From a virus (taxonomy: Duplodnaviria > Caudoviricetes): a stretch of DNA of 63,881 nt. Every line of letters begins with the position of its first letter. Position 1 is the first letter of the stretch. Both the position numbers and the translations under genes were made by a program. This document shows positions 24,650 through 36,300 of the stretch, piece after piece. Below the pieces are notes generated by a model. That model searched no databases and had not been told where the DNA came from. It worked only from the letters and a program-made list of their open reading frames with translations. The stretch covers positions 1 through 63,881 of IMG/VR virus record IMGVR_UViG_3300028768_000001; one strand, written 5' to 3'.

Positions 24650-25894
24650 ATGGCCGAGAACTCGACGCTGCAGCGCGACCCCGATGTGGTGACCTACGAG
24701 ACCTTCAAGGGGCTGCGCAGCGATGTGACGCCGGAGCGGTTCGGTCCCGAGGATCTGGCCGTGGGCGTGAATATCGACATCGACAAGACCGGCCGGATTG
24801 CGCGGCGCGATGGCTATACGCGCGTGCTGGGTGGGGGTGCGCATTCGTTGTGGGCCGATGAGCTGCAGGAGTTTTGCTTGTTCGTGGCGGGTACCGACTT
24901 GATGCGCTTGAGCCCGGCATGGGTCGCGCAGCGGCTCGCGGGGCTCGCGAGTTCGAATCGGATGAGTTTCGTGCGCGTGAGCGACCGGATCTATTTTTCG
25001 AACGCGATCGATACCGGCGTGATCGAGCGCGATGCGCGGGTGCGTAGCTGGGGGTTGCCGGTGCCGGGCTTGCCGGTGCCGACGCTCACGGTCGGGCAGA
25101 TGTCGGCCGGGCGGTATCAATTTACCTTGACGCAGCTGCGCGACGATGGGCAGGAGTCGGGGGCGCCGCGGGCCGGGGTGATCGAGGTGCCGGAGGGTGC
25201 GGGGCTCGACTTTGCGCTGCCGACGGCGGCCCCCGAGGCGGTGGCGCGCGTGCTGTACCTGTCGACGCCCAATGGCGAGGTGCTGTATGCGGCCGTGCAA
25301 CTCGATGCGCAGCTGTCGCGGTATCGCTACACGGGCGACACGCTAGCGCTGAACTTGCCGCTCGCGACGCAGTTTTTGCAGGCTGCGCCCGCGGGACAAC
25401 TCGTCACGTATTACCGTGGGCGCCTGTATGTCGCGGCCGGCGATGTGCTGTACCCGTCGGCGGCGTTCGGCTATGAGCTGTTCGATCTGCGCGAGTACGT
25501 GCCGCTCGATGGCCGCATCACGATGCTCGCGCCGATGACCGATAAAGAGATTGCGGCCGATCGGGCGCGAGGCAGTGGCTTGTTCGTGGGTACCGATCGC
25601 AGCTGTGGCGTGCTGGTGGGTGCCGATCCAAGCGATTTCCAGTACGTGCCGAAGGCCGATTATGGCGCGATTCCCGGGGCGCTCGCGTACGTCGACGGGG
25701 CGCTGTTCGGCGATGATTCGTTGGGTGCGCGGGCGTTGCCGATGTGGCTGACGACACAGGGCTTGTGCGTCGGGATGCCGGACATGGCGATTCGCAATCT
25801 GACGCGCAGTCATTACACGTTCGCGGCCTCCGGCTGGGGAGCAGCGCTGTTCATGCCCGGACCGAACCGCTTTATCGCGACGGCCAATCTTTAA
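24650..25894 (+). CDS. putative tail nozzle/tube protein
   Basis: F.GL...N.DID..G.I.RR.G N-terminus, beta-rich; follows the adaptor. Confidence 0.55.
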   Translation: MAENSTLQRDPDVVTYETFKGLRSDVTPERFGPEDLAVGVNIDIDKTGRIARRDGYTRVLGGGAHSLWADELQEFCLFVAGTDLMRLSPAWVAQRLAGLASSNRMSFVRVSDRIYFSNAIDTGVIERDARVRSWGLPVPGLPVPTLTVGQMSAGRYQFTLTQLRDDGQESGAPRAGVIEVPEGAGLDFALPTAAPEAVARVLYLSTPNGEVLYAAVQLDAQLSRYRYTGDTLALNLPLATQFLQAAPAGQLVTYYRGRLYVAAGDVLYPSAAFGYELFDLREYVPLDGRITMLAPMTDKEIAADRARGSGLFVGTDRSCGVLVGADPSDFQYVPKADYGAIPGALAYVDGALFGDDSLGARALPMWLTTQGLCVGMPDMAIRNLTRSHYTFAASGWGAALFMPGPNRFIATANL

Positions 25895-25904
25895 GGAGCA
25901 CATC

Positions 25905-26678
25905 ATGACGATGCGGTTGTCTACCGGGTTGCGCAACTATCTGGCAAAAAATGGCGGCGTCGTGGATGCCTTGAATGGCGGCATCATCGAGATTTACAGC
26001 GGCGCGCAGCCGAGTTCGGCCGATGCCGCCCCGACGGGCACGCTGTTGTGCGCGATCAGCACGAACTCGGCGGCGGTGACGCCCGAGGTGGTGGCCACGG
26101 GTACGCTGACTTTGACCGGGGGTGCGGCGGGCTCGCTCAATACGCTGACGGTCAACGGGGTCGACATCCTGGGCGGCGCGGTGGCGTTCGATGCGACGCT
26201 GGCGCAAACGGCGGCGGACATTGCCGCGCAGATCAACCGCTTCGAAGGGGCGGTGGGCTATAGCGCGAGCGCGACGGGTGCGGTCGTGACGATCAGCGCG
26301 TTGCCCGGCACGGGCGCAGCGCCCAACGGGTATGTGGTGGCAGCGGGACTGACCACCTTGACCGCGACCACCGCGAATCTGGCGGGCGGGGTCAATCAGG
26401 CAGGCGGGCTGCGCTTCGAGGCGGCAAGTGCCGGGGCAGTGGCCAAGCGCGTGACGGATACCTGGAGCGGCGTGAATGTGGCGACCGGCACGGCCGGCTG
26501 GTTCCGGCAATACGGCAGTGTGGCGGATTCGAAAGCGCTCGACAGTGCCGGCACGGCGATTCGCGTGGATGGCGCGATCGCGAGTTCGGGCGCCGAGATG
26601 AACCTGAACAATACGGCTTTCGTGAGCGCCGCGGTGACGATACTGGCGACGTGGAGCATGTCGATTCCGGCCCAATAA
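25905..26678 (+). CDS. virion structural/tail protein
   Basis: IYSG.QP..AD.A.TGTLL and GTAGWFR...DG pattern; G/A/T rich. Confidence 0.65.
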   Translation: MTMRLSTGLRNYLAKNGGVVDALNGGIIEIYSGAQPSSADAAPTGTLLCAISTNSAAVTPEVVATGTLTLTGGAAGSLNTLTVNGVDILGGAVAFDATLAQTAADIAAQINRFEGAVGYSASATGAVVTISALPGTGAAPNGYVVAAGLTTLTATTANLAGGVNQAGGLRFEAASAGAVAKRVTDTWSGVNVATGTAGWFRQYGSVADSKALDSAGTAIRVDGAIASSGAEMNLNNTAFVSAAVTILATWSMSIPAQ

Positions 26679-26688
26679 GGAGTAGGTC

Positions 26689-27906
26689 ATGGCGGTGGCT
26701 CTGACCGGCGTCAGCGCGACTGGCCAGCTCAATTCTGTCGGCGCGCCGGGGCTCGTCCCGCTGACGCTGCCGGTGCCGAGGCTCGCGAGCAGTGGCGCGG
26801 GCGCGATTCCCGACGTCGTGCTGCCGCTGCCGGTGCCGAAGCTCGTGGCCACGGGGGTGGCCGGCGTGCTGGGCGACGTGACGCTGACGTTGCCGGTGCC
26901 GAACGTGGCGTCGGTCGGGCCAAGTGCGGCCATGCTGGCGCTGCCGGCGCTGAGACTCGTGGCGACGGGCCTGCGCGGGATCGCGGGCGAGGTGGCCCTG
27001 GTGCTGCCAGCGCCGCGCGTGGCGGCGTTCTCGACGAACGGGTTGCGGCTTGCGCTGCCGGCGCCGGTGATGCGCATGGTCGGCACGACCGGCAGTATCG
27101 GCGCGGCGGCGTTGCGGCTGCCGGGGATGACGCTCGCGAGTACCGGCGACGTACCGGTCACGGTGGGCAGCGGGCTCGTGCTGCCGGTGCCGCGGCTGAC
27201 GATTACCGGCCGTGTCGGTCAGGCGGTGTCGGTCAGCATGGCGCTGCACGCGCTGGCGTTGGCGATCGAAGGGGCGACCGGCGCGCTGGGCGAGGTCGCG
27301 CTGACGTTGCCGGTGGTGCGGTTCGTGGCGGCGGGCTATCTGCCGGTGGTGGGGGCGGCTCAGCTGGTGCTGCCGCACCTGCAGCTCGTGGCGACGGGCG
27401 AGCGTCCGGCGTTGACCCCGCCTGCGGGCAGTGCGAACACGATTGCCATGCATACCGAGGCGATGGCACTGTCAACTTACAGCAATTTTCCGTTCAATTC
27501 GTTCGCGCGGTTCAATGGCGTGGCGCTGGCGGCTTGCGACAGCGGCATTTTTTCGCTGGGCGGCGCAACCGATAACGGGGCCTTGATTCAGGCGGCGGCG
27601 CGCGTGGGCATGTCGGACTTTGGCACCTCGTTTCTGAAACGCGTCGATCGCGTCTACGTCGGCTATCGGACCGACGGCAATCTGGTGCTGCGGATCTTCA
27701 CCGATGAGGTCAACCAGCGCGATTACCTGCTCAGTGCGACCGGCAAGTCGGGGCTGCATGGCAATCATGCGCGGCTGGGCAAGGGGCTGGTCGCGCGTTA
27801 CTGGCAGTTCGAGGTGCGCAATCAATTGGGTGCGGACTTCGAGCTAAACATGATCGAGTTGAAACCGACCAAGCTGCGCCGCCGTGTCGGAGGCGGCGAT
27901 GCTTAG
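26689..27906 (+). CDS. virion protein with L.LP.P repeats
   Basis: About 12 degenerate L.LP(V)P repeats, then a globular C-terminal domain. Confidence 0.65.
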   Translation: MAVALTGVSATGQLNSVGAPGLVPLTLPVPRLASSGAGAIPDVVLPLPVPKLVATGVAGVLGDVTLTLPVPNVASVGPSAAMLALPALRLVATGLRGIAGEVALVLPAPRVAAFSTNGLRLALPAPVMRMVGTTGSIGAAALRLPGMTLASTGDVPVTVGSGLVLPVPRLTITGRVGQAVSVSMALHALALAIEGATGALGEVALTLPVVRFVAAGYLPVVGAAQLVLPHLQLVATGERPALTPPAGSANTIAMHTEAMALSTYSNFPFNSFARFNGVALAACDSGIFSLGGATDNGALIQAAARVGMSDFGTSFLKRVDRVYVGYRTDGNLVLRIFTDEVNQRDYLLSATGKSGLHGNHARLGKGLVARYWQFEVRNQLGADFELNMIELKPTKLRRRVGGGDA

Positions 27907-27914
27907 GGGTGGCG

Positions 27915-29561
27915 ATGCGTGAGACGGGGCCGGTGCGCAAGGATCTGCAAGGGGAGGCCGCGCTGCCGTACATGGGGCTTGCGCGCACGTTGCTCGGCAA
28001 GCTGAAAAATCAGATGCGCCTGGGCGGATTGGCGCAGCTAAGCGGCGCGGCGACGCTGCCCGATGGGGTCGAGATTCGCGTCGCGTCGCGCTTCGGGCAG
28101 GATCTTGTGCGCATCCTGGCGCCGGCTGTGATGCTCCCAGCCCCGGCAATCGGGGTGTCGCCCGCTGTGCCGAGCGAGGGGTTTGTCGAGCCGCCCGTGC
28201 CCGAGATCCGGTTGACGGGGACGTGCTTGTGGGGGGCGGATGCCGAGGCGTACTCCGTGCCGATTCTCACGAACTGCCTGAAAGGGCCGGTCATGGATAA
28301 GACCGGTAAAACGATTTACGCGGCGGTGCAATACCCGGTCGCGCTGTCGCAGGTCACGAGCAATTACATGGCGAGCGCCAGCCTGTTGATGGCGTTCGAT
28401 ACCAAGATGGGGGTGGCCGGCGCGTCGGCGATTAACTTTCCCGACATGGAATTGCAGCTTAACTATGACAATGTGGAAGGGGCGTTTTGGCTCAACACGT
28501 TTTTATATCCGCCGCCAGGACGCGACCCGTTTCGGAACAACATTGTGCGTATTGGGTTGGACGGCGGTCGCACCGACATTCTCGGCGAGGAAGTGGTGCC
28601 GCTCGATCCCGTATATTCCCACTGGCCGTGGGGACAACCCAATACGCTGTTGTGGGGGGAAGCGGACAATGGTGCGCAACAGAATTACAACTTCTTCACG
28701 ATGTCACCGCCTAGCACCAGTGGGCGCATCGTCTATATGTTCGCAGGCGGGGGCTTTTTGGGCACGATCAACGGCGGCGGTTTTCCGGTGATATGGGATA
28801 CGCGCCAGCGCAAGATCGTCTGGCATGGGTGGTACGAAGGCTCACTCGTGGGGCAGCCGCTCTCTTCGGTGTCGGCGGTCTATAACACCGGGTCGTTTGT
28901 GGCGCCGAATGGGGATGCGTATTTCGTCACCTATAACGGCGGTGCGCAGCGCCTGTTTCGGGTGACGGCCAATATTCAGATCGAGGACATTGCGAATCCC
29001 CCGGCCGGCTTGACCGGGATCGTGACGAGTAACAGCAGCAAGGTCGTGTTCGTGAGCGCTGCGGCAGGCATCTTCGCGTCGAGTGGCAAGGGTACGTGGT
29101 CGAACCTGACGCCCAAGTCGCTTGACCCCACGAACGTGCGGGCGATCCTGCACGACGTGGTGACGGATGCGGTCGCCGTGGTCTTGAAGGATTTGAGCGG
29201 GGTGTGGCTCTTCAATGTGCTGGACTGTCAGGGCAAACCGGAACCGCCCTTCTTGTTTCGCTTTCGGCATGTGCCGACGGTGCCCAGTTGGCAGTATGTG
29301 TTCCCGCAGCAACTGATTGACGGAGTGCTGTTGATGGCCTTTGTGACCTCGGCTGCGGCGACGGTCGGCGAAATGGCTATGTACTACGTCAATAACGTGC
29401 CGACGGTGCCCGAAGGGGTCATGCTAGCGGCGCCGCCTTGGATGGCGATGTTGACGGACAGTGGTGGCGATCAGTTGAAAGTGGCGGTGCCGTGGATACT
29501 CGGGCGCTACCAGATCGGGCGGCTGAAACAAACGTCGCTGCAAGGCTACGTGCCGGCCTAA
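27915..29561 (+). CDS. putative tail/receptor-binding protein
   Basis: Long ORF in the tail block; aromatic/beta-rich body. Confidence 0.55.
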   Translation: MRETGPVRKDLQGEAALPYMGLARTLLGKLKNQMRLGGLAQLSGAATLPDGVEIRVASRFGQDLVRILAPAVMLPAPAIGVSPAVPSEGFVEPPVPEIRLTGTCLWGADAEAYSVPILTNCLKGPVMDKTGKTIYAAVQYPVALSQVTSNYMASASLLMAFDTKMGVAGASAINFPDMELQLNYDNVEGAFWLNTFLYPPPGRDPFRNNIVRIGLDGGRTDILGEEVVPLDPVYSHWPWGQPNTLLWGEADNGAQQNYNFFTMSPPSTSGRIVYMFAGGGFLGTINGGGFPVIWDTRQRKIVWHGWYEGSLVGQPLSSVSAVYNTGSFVAPNGDAYFVTYNGGAQRLFRVTANIQIEDIANPPAGLTGIVTSNSSKVVFVSAAAGIFASSGKGTWSNLTPKSLDPTNVRAILHDVVTDAVAVVLKDLSGVWLFNVLDCQGKPEPPFLFRFRHVPTVPSWQYVFPQQLIDGVLLMAFVTSAAATVGEMAMYYVNNVPTVPEGVMLAAPPWMAMLTDSGGDQLKVAVPWILGRYQIGRLKQTSLQGYVPA

Positions 29562-29582
29562 TTAGACAGGACTCCTAACTAA
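29562..29582. promoter_or_regulatory. operator-like palindrome
   Basis: TTAGACAGGA-C-TCCTAACTAA. Confidence 0.7.
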
Positions 29583-29628
29583 ATATAGACTTTTGATCGA
29601 TGCTGAGCTGGTTGCGGAAGGGGGCGGG

Positions 29629-31668
29629 ATGTCGATTGTTACGGATACCTTGATTGATTTCGGTCTGCTGAGTAATCGGCCGGCCGACATGCCGCCGCCG
29701 CCGCAATCGACGGGCGCGGCGGCGCTGGTCACGCAGGGGTTCGACACTGCGCAGAACTATGCGACCACGGCGTTCAACGACGCGATGGCGTTTTTGACGC
29801 AGCTCGGCAATACGACGGCGGCATTGCAACAGTTTCCGCCCGTGGATGGCTCGCTGACGCCGATTGCGCAGGCGATCGCCGGGCTGACGCTGCCGACGCC
29901 GCCCGTCGCGCCGACGGGCTTGACGTTGAATTTGCCCACTGTGCCGGCTCAGCCGGCCTTGATTCCGGTTGCCGGCATCGACGTGAGTGCGGCCCCGCAA
30001 TTTACCGCGACGCCGCCGCTGATCGATCTATCGTTTGGCCCCCCTGCCGCACTTGACGCAACGGTGCCGGCGCCGCCGACGCTCGCGCCCGTGACGCTGC
30101 CGAGTGAGCCGGTGCTGAGCTTGCCGCTTGTGCCTTCGCTGGTGGGCATTACGGTGCCGAGCGCGCCGCTCTTGAATTTGCCGACCTTTACGGCGGTGAC
30201 GCCGGATTCGCCGTTGGCGCCAGCTTATATCTTCTCGTTTGCCGAGTCCGCCTATACCGATCAGCTGTTGGCGGACCTGAAAACGCAGCTCGATGCGTGG
30301 GTCAATGGGGCGTCGACGGGGCTTGCGCCCGCCGTCGAACAGGCAATTTGGGATCGCGATCGGGCACGCGAAATTGTGGCCAGTCAGCGCAAGCTCGGCG
30401 AGTCGATGCGCACGTTCGCCATGCGCGGGTTCACGAAGCCGCCTGGGGCGCTTAATCTCGATATCCAGCAGGCGTTGCAGGATTCGCAAGGTGTCGTCTC
30501 GCAAGCCTCGCGCGAGATCATGGTCAAGCAGGCCGAGCTGGAGCAAAGCAATCGGCACTTTGCGTTCGAGACCGCATGGAAGGTCGAGGAAGGCTTGATG
30601 ACCTACAACGGCCAGATGGCGCAGCGCGCGTTCGAGGCGGCGAAATTCGCGCAGCAGGTCGGTATCGATATCTTTCATGAGCTGGTGGCGCGTTACGCGA
30701 CGGATATTCAAGCGTATGTGGCCCAGGTGGAGGTCTATAAGGCTGCGATTCAGGCCGAGCTGGCGAAGCTCGATATCTATCGGGCCGAGCTGGACGGGCA
30801 GCGGCTGCTCAGCGAGATCAATATGCAGTCGGTCGAGATTTACAAGGCGCAGATCTCGGCGGCGCAAGCCCTCGTCGAACTATTTCGCACTGAAGTCGAA
30901 GCGGCCAATACGCAGGCCCTGGTCAACAAGACGCAGATCGAGGCGTTTGCCGCGCAGGTCGGGGCCTATGCCGAGCAGGTGCGGGCCAAGGCGTCGGAGT
31001 ACGAGGCGTATGCGACGCGCGTGAGCGCCGAAGTCTCGAAGATGAACGTGTTCAAGGTCGAAGCCGAGGCGTATGACAGTCAAGTGACGGGTTTCAAGGC
31101 GACCGTCGATGCGCTGGTGGCGGCCAAGACCATCGAGATGGATGTGAGCCAGCGCTTGCCGCTCGATGTCTTCAAGTCGTTGACCGAGGTGTACCGCACC
31201 CAGGTCGGTGCCGAGGTCGAGCGTGTCGATGCGCTTAACAAGACCTATGCGACTGCCGGCCAAGTGTTTGCCCAAGAGATGAGCGCGGTCAAGTCCGAGG
31301 CGGATATTGCGGTGGCCGCCAGCAATCTGCGGATCGAAGCTGCGAAGGCGAACGTGCAGCTCGTGACCGAGCAGGTGACGCTGTTGGTCGAGGCGATCAA
31401 GGGCGGCGCGCAAGTGGCCGCGCAAATTGCGGCGGCGGCGCTCTCGGCGGTGAATCTCTCGGGGCAGATCGGCGACCACGTGAGCTACGGCGTGAGCTAC
31501 GGCGTGAGCGATTCGGCCAGCATTTCGTCGAGTTTTAACACGACCAATAGCAATAACGTCAGCACGCAGACGAGCACGAGTGCGGCGACGCAGGACAGCA
31601 ACGTGAATTACAACACCACGTCGGTCGGCACCAACACGAACTACCAGTACAACTACAGCAATGTGTAA
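29629..31668 (+). CDS. internal virion/ejection-like protein (Pro-rich + long coiled coil)
   Basis: Composition and position before the SLT and giant proteins. Confidence 0.65.
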   Translation: MSIVTDTLIDFGLLSNRPADMPPPPQSTGAAALVTQGFDTAQNYATTAFNDAMAFLTQLGNTTAALQQFPPVDGSLTPIAQAIAGLTLPTPPVAPTGLTLNLPTVPAQPALIPVAGIDVSAAPQFTATPPLIDLSFGPPAALDATVPAPPTLAPVTLPSEPVLSLPLVPSLVGITVPSAPLLNLPTFTAVTPDSPLAPAYIFSFAESAYTDQLLADLKTQLDAWVNGASTGLAPAVEQAIWDRDRAREIVASQRKLGESMRTFAMRGFTKPPGALNLDIQQALQDSQGVVSQASREIMVKQAELEQSNRHFAFETAWKVEEGLMTYNGQMAQRAFEAAKFAQQVGIDIFHELVARYATDIQAYVAQVEVYKAAIQAELAKLDIYRAELDGQRLLSEINMQSVEIYKAQISAAQALVELFRTEVEAANTQALVNKTQIEAFAAQVGAYAEQVRAKASEYEAYATRVSAEVSKMNVFKVEAEAYDSQVTGFKATVDALVAAKTIEMDVSQRLPLDVFKSLTEVYRTQVGAEVERVDALNKTYATAGQVFAQEMSAVKSEADIAVAASNLRIEAAKANVQLVTEQVTLLVEAIKGGAQVAAQIAAAALSAVNLSGQIGDHVSYGVSYGVSDSASISSSFNTTNSNNVSTQTSTSAATQDSNVNYNTTSVGTNTNYQYNYSNV

Positions 31669-31677
31669 GGAGCCGAC

Positions 31678-33366
31678 ATGGCTGATCCGAACCAATACCC
31701 GACGCCTGTCGGTATGCCGCAGATGGGTTGGCCGATGGCGCTGCCTTACTCGCCCGCCCAGGCCGTAATCAAGCCGCCTGCGACTATGCCACCGGCTGCC
31801 GCTACGCCGCCCGTTGTGCCCCCGACGGTTGCGACCGCAATGCCGGCCAGTCCGCAAGATCCGGCCTTGGCCGCGCAGGCGGCGGCGGATCGAGCCCGTG
31901 TAATCGGGGATGTCGGCGCGTTCGGGGGGGGATTGGGCAGGCTTGGGGCGGCAGCGCTCGATGTCATGACTTTGCCGGCGCGAGGGGTGATGGGTGCCGC
32001 CAATACGATGTTGCGGCTTCCCAATGCGTTTGGGGCGGGGATTTCCTACATTCCCGAACAGGCGTTTGGGGGTAGTTCGTCGAGTCTGACGCCCTATTAC
32101 GATAAGTACATTCGCGCGAGTGATTCGAATGCGGCGCCTGCGGGGATGCCAGCGGCGCCGTTGGATACGACTGCCATGAATCGCGCGGTAGTGGCCGACC
32201 CAGCAGCCGCGGGCGCTCCCGATATGGCGTTTCGCGGCCAGCCGCCCGTACTGCAAGCGGCGGCGCCCGCGGCTGAACCGGATGAGGACACCGCACCGGG
32301 CTCGTGGGGGCGGTTCGCGGCCCAGGACCGGACGCTTTTCGATCCTTTCAATCGGGGCGGGGGCGGCGGGGGCATTTTGCCAGCGGCACCCGCGTATGCC
32401 GCAGCCCCCCTTCCCGCGGGTGCACCGGTCGCCGCGAATGCGCCGGATCTTAGGTCGATTTTCATGGCGCAGGAATCGAGTGGGGGTAAAACAGCGCCCG
32501 AGAATCCGATGCAGATTCAGGAAGCTACGTTTAACCGCTATGCCCAGCCGGGCGAATCGTACGCTAATGCGGCTGATAAGACGGCGGTAGCGAGCCGCAT
32601 GTTGGGCGACTATTACCAGCGTTACGGTGGGGACTTGGGGCGCGTGGCGACGGCGTATTTTTCTGGCGAAGGCAACGTTGCGCCGTCCGGTAGCGCAACG
32701 CCCTATATCACGAACACCCAGGATAAAAACGGCAAAGATGCGCAGTCGTATGTGAATGACGTTCTAGGTCGTGCAGGTGGAGCGCCAGCGGGCTCGTTGG
32801 CACCGGGCGGGATGGTCACCCCGGCGGGTTTGCGTGACCCTTACGGGACCAATCAGGCGGCCTTTAACGAGCAATATGCGCGTGGCGCGTCAGTCGTGAA
32901 TCCGATGATGCAGTGGATTCAACAAGCGCCGAACGTGTTCGACCGTGCGGGCCGGGTGCACGCGGTGGCAGCGCTGATGCCCGCGATGGGGGCGAATAAC
33001 ATCGGGCAAGTGCAAGGCCAAGGCGTGGACGCGTTGAATACGACCGTGGGCGGGCTGGCGCAGCAGCAGATGGTTACGGGTGAGAAAAGGGATGAATTTG
33101 CCCAGACACCGGTTACTACGGGAGCGGCGCCCAACCCGCTTGGGCCGTATTACCCGAACTTGCCGGAGTACGCGTTACCGGGCGGAATGGTGAATGGGCA
33201 AGCCCAGCCGCCGCGCTCGGTCGGGGCGGCGGCGGTGCGTCAGGAAGAAGGTGTGCCGGCCACGGTGAAAGTGGGCGCTACGGTTAAGGAAGCCGATGGG
33301 GTATATGGGTTGCCGAACGGCAAAAAAGTTACCGTGAAAAACGGTCAGATTGCCGCGGTTCAATAA
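31678..33366 (+). CDS. internal virion protein with lytic transglycosylase (SLT-like) domain
   Basis: AQESSG catalytic Glu, MQI..ATF and AYFSG (AYNAG-like) motifs. Confidence 0.75.
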   Translation: MADPNQYPTPVGMPQMGWPMALPYSPAQAVIKPPATMPPAAATPPVVPPTVATAMPASPQDPALAAQAAADRARVIGDVGAFGGGLGRLGAAALDVMTLPARGVMGAANTMLRLPNAFGAGISYIPEQAFGGSSSSLTPYYDKYIRASDSNAAPAGMPAAPLDTTAMNRAVVADPAAAGAPDMAFRGQPPVLQAAAPAAEPDEDTAPGSWGRFAAQDRTLFDPFNRGGGGGGILPAAPAYAAAPLPAGAPVAANAPDLRSIFMAQESSGGKTAPENPMQIQEATFNRYAQPGESYANAADKTAVASRMLGDYYQRYGGDLGRVATAYFSGEGNVAPSGSATPYITNTQDKNGKDAQSYVNDVLGRAGGAPAGSLAPGGMVTPAGLRDPYGTNQAAFNEQYARGASVVNPMMQWIQQAPNVFDRAGRVHAVAALMPAMGANNIGQVQGQGVDALNTTVGGLAQQQMVTGEKRDEFAQTPVTTGAAPNPLGPYYPNLPEYALPGGMVNGQAQPPRSVGAAAVRQEEGVPATVKVGATVKEADGVYGLPNGKKVTVKNGQIAAVQ

Positions 33367-36300
33367 TGGCCGATACCCTTCCCGGGCTTGATTTGACGCA
33401 GTTTGGCGCGACGCCGCAACTTGACTTGTCACAGTTCAAGCCGGCGAAGCCCACGTCGCCGCTGGGCGAGATCGGCACGTCGGCGTTGCGGGGGGTGCTG
33501 TCCGGGGCGCCTGAAACAGTCGGGCAAGCCTTGCAGTTTGTCGGGGCGCAGGATCTCGGGGGCGCAGTGCGCGGCTTCGGCGAGCGCATGGGTCAAGCAT
33601 CGTGGCTGGCGGCGCACCCCGAGGGGCATGGCGCCGTGGTGCGGGCGCTTTCGCAAGGCGCCGAAGGGATCGGCACGTTCTTGCCGGCGATTGGTGCGGG
33701 GTTGGTGGCTGGTACGGTCGGCGCACCCGAGACAATCGCGGCAGGGATCGGCGCCGTCGCGGCCGGTGCGCTCGGCGGCGGTTCGGCGGGGCAGCAGACG
33801 CTCGAAAAAGCCGAGGCTAAGGGCGTGGCGCCCGATGCGGCGCGCACTGCGGCGAACCTGAACGCGGCGCAAAGCTTTGCGTTTAACACCGTAACCGGGC
33901 TGGTCGGCGGCAAGATGCTGGGCGCGCTGGGCGGTCCGGTGGGTCGACTGCTGGGGATGGAAGGGCCGGCGCAGGCTGAGGGGGTGTTGTCGCAGCTGGC
34001 CGGCACCGAGGGCGTGGTGAAGCCGCTCTTGAAACAGCTGCCGATGTCGGCGGCTGAGGTGACAGGCGCAATGGTGGGTCAGGCCGGCACGCAGGCCGCG
34101 ATCGAGCGGCATTACGGGGTTGACGAGACGAGTCCCTGGGAGGCGATGGCGCAGCAGATTGGCCCGGCGCTGGGCATGACGGCGTTGATGACGCCGCTCG
34201 GGCTGGCCGGTCGCGCGCTTGGGGTGCGTTCGGCGAAAGCGCGTACCGATACCTTGGCCGATGCCGCGACGTCGCCCGAGATTCGGCAGCAGCTGGCCGA
34301 ACAGTACACGGCGGCGCTCGCGCGCGTCGATCCGCAAAAAGCGGCGGCGTTTCGGGCCAATGCGCAAACGGCGATCGATGCCAAGATGGGCATGCCGGTC
34401 AATCCGACCCTGTTCGAGCCGGGCGCGATTGCCCCGCCGGTTAGTCCGTTGGCCGAAGCCGGACAGGTGCCGCGCTTGCCGGCACCGATGGCGCGCATTT
34501 CGCCCGAGCCGTCGGGGGCGCAGTGGACGATGCCCGATGGCTCGGTGACGAGTGATATTAATGTGGTGCAGGCGCACATCGAGAGTTTGCCGCCTGAGCA
34601 ACGGGATGCGGTACGCGCGCAGATTTTCGGGTTTGAGCCGGCGCCGTATCCGGTTGAAGGGGCGCGCTACCCTACTGCCCCGCAAGCGCCGGTTGCCGCG
34701 CCGGCTACGCCGCAGCTCACGCATGAACCTGCCCAGGGCGGCAATGTCGTCGCCGACGGCGCGGGTGCGCTGTATCACGCGCCGGTTGGGCAAGCGTTTG
34801 CTTTCCCCGACGGCTCATCGTCGAACGATATCCGCACGGCGCATGAGTTCATCACGGGGCTGCCGGAAGGCGAGCGCCCCGCGGCGTGGGCCAAGATGAT
34901 CGGACTGGAAACGCCCCCAGCGGCGGATGTGAAGACGCTCGACGCGCATGCGCAGGATGTGCAGGCGCTGCATGGGCAAGTCAAGGATGCGCTCGCCGAG
35001 GCCGGTGTCGAGCCGGCACAGCCCGCTACGCGGGCCGCGTTTGGTGAGGCGCAGGGGTTGAAAGGCCAGGAGCTGGCGAAGGCGTACAAGGCGTATTTGG
35101 CCGATCCTGCGACGCATGAATCGCTCATGCGGCAGGACGCCGATCGGTATCAGCAGTTGGTTGCCGAGCGCGCCGCGGCGCCCGCGCCGGCATTGAATCG
35201 TCAAGCCGAGCAGCCCATGCCCGCCCCCGCGCGGCTGAATACGCAACTGGCCGATGCGATGCAAACGGCCCTGCATCAAAAGCAGGTGGACGCCGCGTAT
35301 GCGGCCTATGACGTGCTGCGCGAACATGAGACCGGTGCGATTGCCCATCGGGCAAGGGGCGAGGCCGAAGCTGCCGCGGCCGAAGCGGGCACGATTCAGC
35401 CGGATGTCAATGCGCCGAAAGCGCTGGACGAGATCACGCGCGATGCGGATAGCGTCAAACAGGCCGCTGAGGGGGCGAGCGACGCGACCATGCGCGCGTT
35501 TGACAAGCGCGTGGAAAATCTTGGGCTCGACAAGCTGGGCTCGCACCCGGAGCAAATTGACGCGCTCGTGCGGGCGGCCGAGGCTGGCAAGATGGCGGTG
35601 GACGTGCAGACGATGATGAAAAGCCTCGCCGAGCGTTGGCAAGCCGACGTACCGAAGACTGAGGCGAAGGTGGCGGCACTTGACGGGCAGCCTAAAGTGC
35701 AAGCCGTCCTCAAGGGCGAGTCCGCAGGGAAAGAAAAGCTTGTGACCGAAGGCGGCGCGCCGCCGCCCCAGGCCGAGACGTTGGGCAAGAATATCGAGAC
35801 GCCGGCGCCTGCCACGGCCGAACAGCCGGCCGCCTCAGCGCGCGCGCAGGAAGCGTTGCCGGCCAATACCGCGCTGACACCGAAGCAGCGTGCGGGCGCG
35901 CTGGTCGATCGGCTGAATGCGGTGCTGGCCGATTTTCATACGCGGGACCATAACGGCGAGCGTATCGAGGCCATGCCCGAGCTGGAGCGGCAGCGCTATC
36001 AGGATGCGCTCGATTATCGCAATTCGCTGAGCAAGATTGCCAAGGGCGAGACCACGTCGAACGGTGCGGACTGGTGGCGCGACATGCACGACTACGTGGC
36101 GCTGGCCGAGCGTCCATATCTCAAGCCGTTGGAAAAACAAGGCCCGGCCGAAGCGAATACGCCGCTGCAAGCGCGGGTTGCGCAAGGCGGCAAGCTGAGC
36201 GACACGCTCGCGCATCTTTCGGAGCATGGCTCGACCCCGGGCGTACAGGCGGTGGCGGCGCGCTTGAACGCCCTGGGCTTGGATACGACGCTGCACTCGG

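Noticed and set aside
20160-31509. Short in-frame 12-bp duplications (KPQS in scaffold; VSYG at about 31480-31509)
   Set aside because: Ordinary low-complexity coding repeats with no frame effect.
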